From contig LYOS01000010.1 of assembly GCA_001766815.1 (NCBI GenBank), positions 1-6,196 on the forward strand: 6,196 nt of DNA, given 5' to 3'. A program made the translations under genes and the position numbers. A model generated the notes under the pieces. That model saw nothing but the letters and a program-made list of their open reading frames with translations. It was not told where the DNA came from and did not search any database. The first letter of the stretch is position 1; each line of letters opens with the position of its first letter. The DNA is from Candidatus Syntropharchaeum caldarium. Lineage in GTDB: Archaea > Halobacteriota > Syntropharchaeia > Syntropharchaeales > Syntropharchaeaceae. Positions 5,036-6,196 of this stretch are shown here, piece after piece.

Positions 5036-5357
5036 ATCGATACGATCGAAAGAGATACAAGAATTCTCGAACGGCTGTACTTCGTAAGATACCTCTACAG
5101 AAGAATGAGCGTTGAGGAATTTGGTAGGAGTTACCATACGAAGGTTTAATTCCAGAATTTGGTGGAGGAAGGTCGTCCAAGCTGACGGAAGAGCAGCAAG
5201 AATACTTCGTTAACACCTGATATTCTCACCTTAATCTCTGAAGAAGATTGCAAGACTTTTCAGGGAAGCTTATGAGCAGAATGCCTTGCTAACTCACAGT
5301 GATGTTGCATTCCTTTTGCATGTTTCTACTGCAACTGTTAGTAAGCAGGTAGTTTAG
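5036..5357 (+). mobile_element. Frameshifted HTH / transposase-N-terminal-like relic (IS630-type N-terminus; last segment DUF1670-like)
   Basis: Three consecutive open segments lie in three frames. 5036-5149 gives 'RDTRILERLYFVRYLYRRMSVEEFGRSYHTKV*'. 5149-5220 gives 'IPEFGGGRSSKLTEEQQEYFVNT*', containing the GGGRxxKL(S/T)xEQ motif of archaeal IS630-like transposase N-termini. 5235-5357 gives 'KKIARLFREAYEQNALLTHSDVAFLLHVSTATVSKQVV*', an HTH-like segment that resembles Methanosarcina DUF1670 proteins from memory. No DDE catalytic region follows. Confidence 0.5.
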
Positions 5358-5403
5358 AAAAACCTAAACTTATTAGGCAATGGTTTTTCTATCCCTAACA
5401 ACC
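5358..5403. promoter_or_regulatory. Two-box element (CCTAAacttaTTAGG + CCTAACAACC) and putative TATA region upstream of the MFS gene
   Basis: A perfect palindrome lies at 5363-5377, preceded by AAAAA. CCTAACAACC lies at 5394-5403, 31 bp downstream of the palindrome start. The T-rich TTTTTCTA at 5384-5391 lies -34..-27 from the ATG at 5418. The layout and spacing match the pilin-like gene promoter. Confidence 0.45.
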
Positions 5404-5417
5404 TCTATGCTCTATAT

Positions 5418-6196
5418 ATGCGAAAAGAGACAGTGGTATATGCGATTTTGATATTTGTAGCGATGCTGAGTCTCACGCTTATGGCACCTGTGATAAAGGA
5501 GTTTGTTATCGACCGCTTCGATGTGAGCAATACCGTGGCAAGTCTGTTTTTCACGCTTGAGATCCTCGCCTACGTGATTTTTGCCGTTTTCTGGGGTTCA
5601 CTCTCTGATACGTGCGGTAAGAGAAGACCTTTTATCATTTTTGGGTTTGGTAGCTCTGCAATAATGTATTTCTGGATGGCACAGGTGAACTCACTCTTCT
5701 CTCTTCTGATGTTGAGGTTCATACAGGGGGCTGTCACGGTTATGGCGTGGTCGATTGTGATGACAGCCGCGCTGGACGGTGTGGATAAGCGAGACCATGG
5801 CAGGACAATGGGTGTGATTGGGATGGCAATGATGTTTGGGATGGGCTCAGGAGCACCGATAGGAGGCTTGCTTGCAGCAAAGTATGGTGTCTTTTTTCCG
5901 ATGTATTTCGCATCCTCTCTCTTTCTTGCAGGTATGCTGATCGCAATAGCCCTGGTGCCTGAATCCCATATCGCAAACAAACCTGATACAATGCGAGAAT
6001 CGATCAACGTCCTTCTTGAGAAGAGAGATCTTGCGATTCCTTTTGTCTTCGGTTTTATCGATAGGTTTACGGTTGCATTTTTTATCTTCGCATTTCCACT
6101 GTACATGAGTGAGGCTTTCGGATCCGGTACCGCGGAACGGGGGATTTATCAGGCACTCCTCCTCCTACCTTTAGTCCTGCTCCAGTATCCGTTTGG
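5418..6196 (+). CDS. Major facilitator superfamily (MFS) transporter, 3'-truncated by the window edge
   Basis: This gene is absent from the supplied ORF track because it has no stop in the window. My translation from ATG 5418 (in-frame TAG at 5355-5357 upstream) is open to 6196: MRKETVVYAILIFVAMLSLTLMAPVIKEFVIDRFDVSNTVASLFFTLEILAYVIFAVFWGSLSDTCGKRRPFIIFGFGSSAIMYFWM...RFIQGAVTVMAWS...GRTMGVIGMAMMFGMGSGAPIGGLLAAKYG... It has the MFS motif A (G-x-L-S-D-x-x-G-[KR]-R-x-P) between TM2 and TM3 and at least six hydrophobic helices. Confidence 0.9.
   Translation, partial: MRKETVVYAILIFVAMLSLTLMAPVIKEFVIDRFDVSNTVASLFFTLEILAYVIFAVFWGSLSDTCGKRRPFIIFGFGSSAIMYFWMAQVNSLFSLLMLRFIQGAVTVMAWSIVMTAALDGVDKRDHGRTMGVIGMAMMFGMGSGAPIGGLLAAKYGVFFPMYFASSLFLAGMLIAIALVPESHIANKPDTMRESINVLLEKRDLAIPFVFGFIDRFTVAFFIFAFPLYMSEAFGSGTAERGIYQALLLLPLVLLQYPF

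Noticed and set aside
5570-6106. 178-aa minus-strand ORF, with the nested 5740..5991 83-aa ORF
   Set aside because: They are antisense shadows of the MFS transporter gene. The plus-strand frame from 5418 is open to the window edge and carries MFS motif A and multiple TM helices.

Overview
The window looks like an accessory-type stretch of an archaeal chromosome. The organism call is inference, based on a class-III (archaeal type IV pilin) signal peptide, many N-glycosylation sequons, oligo-T gene ends and archaeal-style IS relics; it may be a Methanosarcinales-like euryarchaeon. No database search was run, so family names are recognised from motifs. Left to right: (1) the 3' part of an AAA+ ATPase gene entering from the left edge; (2) a short decayed relic of a staphylococcal-nuclease (SNase) paralog; (3) an exported SNase + lamin-tail-domain (LTD) nuclease gene split into two ORFs by a 1-nt frameshift in an A6 run; (4) a small DUF5658-like membrane protein; (5) a heavily deleted IS630/Tc1-mariner-like transposase relic on the minus strand; (6) a non-coding spacer with mutually exclusive hairpins, then a phased array of CCTAA-N5-TTAGG palindromes; (7) a 504-aa modular surface protein (pilin-like N-terminus, lectin-like jelly-roll region, PKD and Ig-like domains); (8) a second frameshifted HTH/transposase-like relic; (9) an MFS transporter gene running off the right edge, absent from the ORF track because it has no stop in the window. 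The most interesting signal is non-coding. The same two-box element sits at the same distance from the start codons of the pilin-like gene and the MFS gene: AAAACCTAA-N2-TTATTAGG, then CCTAAYAACC 31 bp downstream. Upstream of the pilin-like gene it is expanded into a ~30-bp-phased array. I see no clear multi-gene system such as a defence, CRISPR or secretion operon, and all large antisense ORFs in the track look like shadow ORFs.
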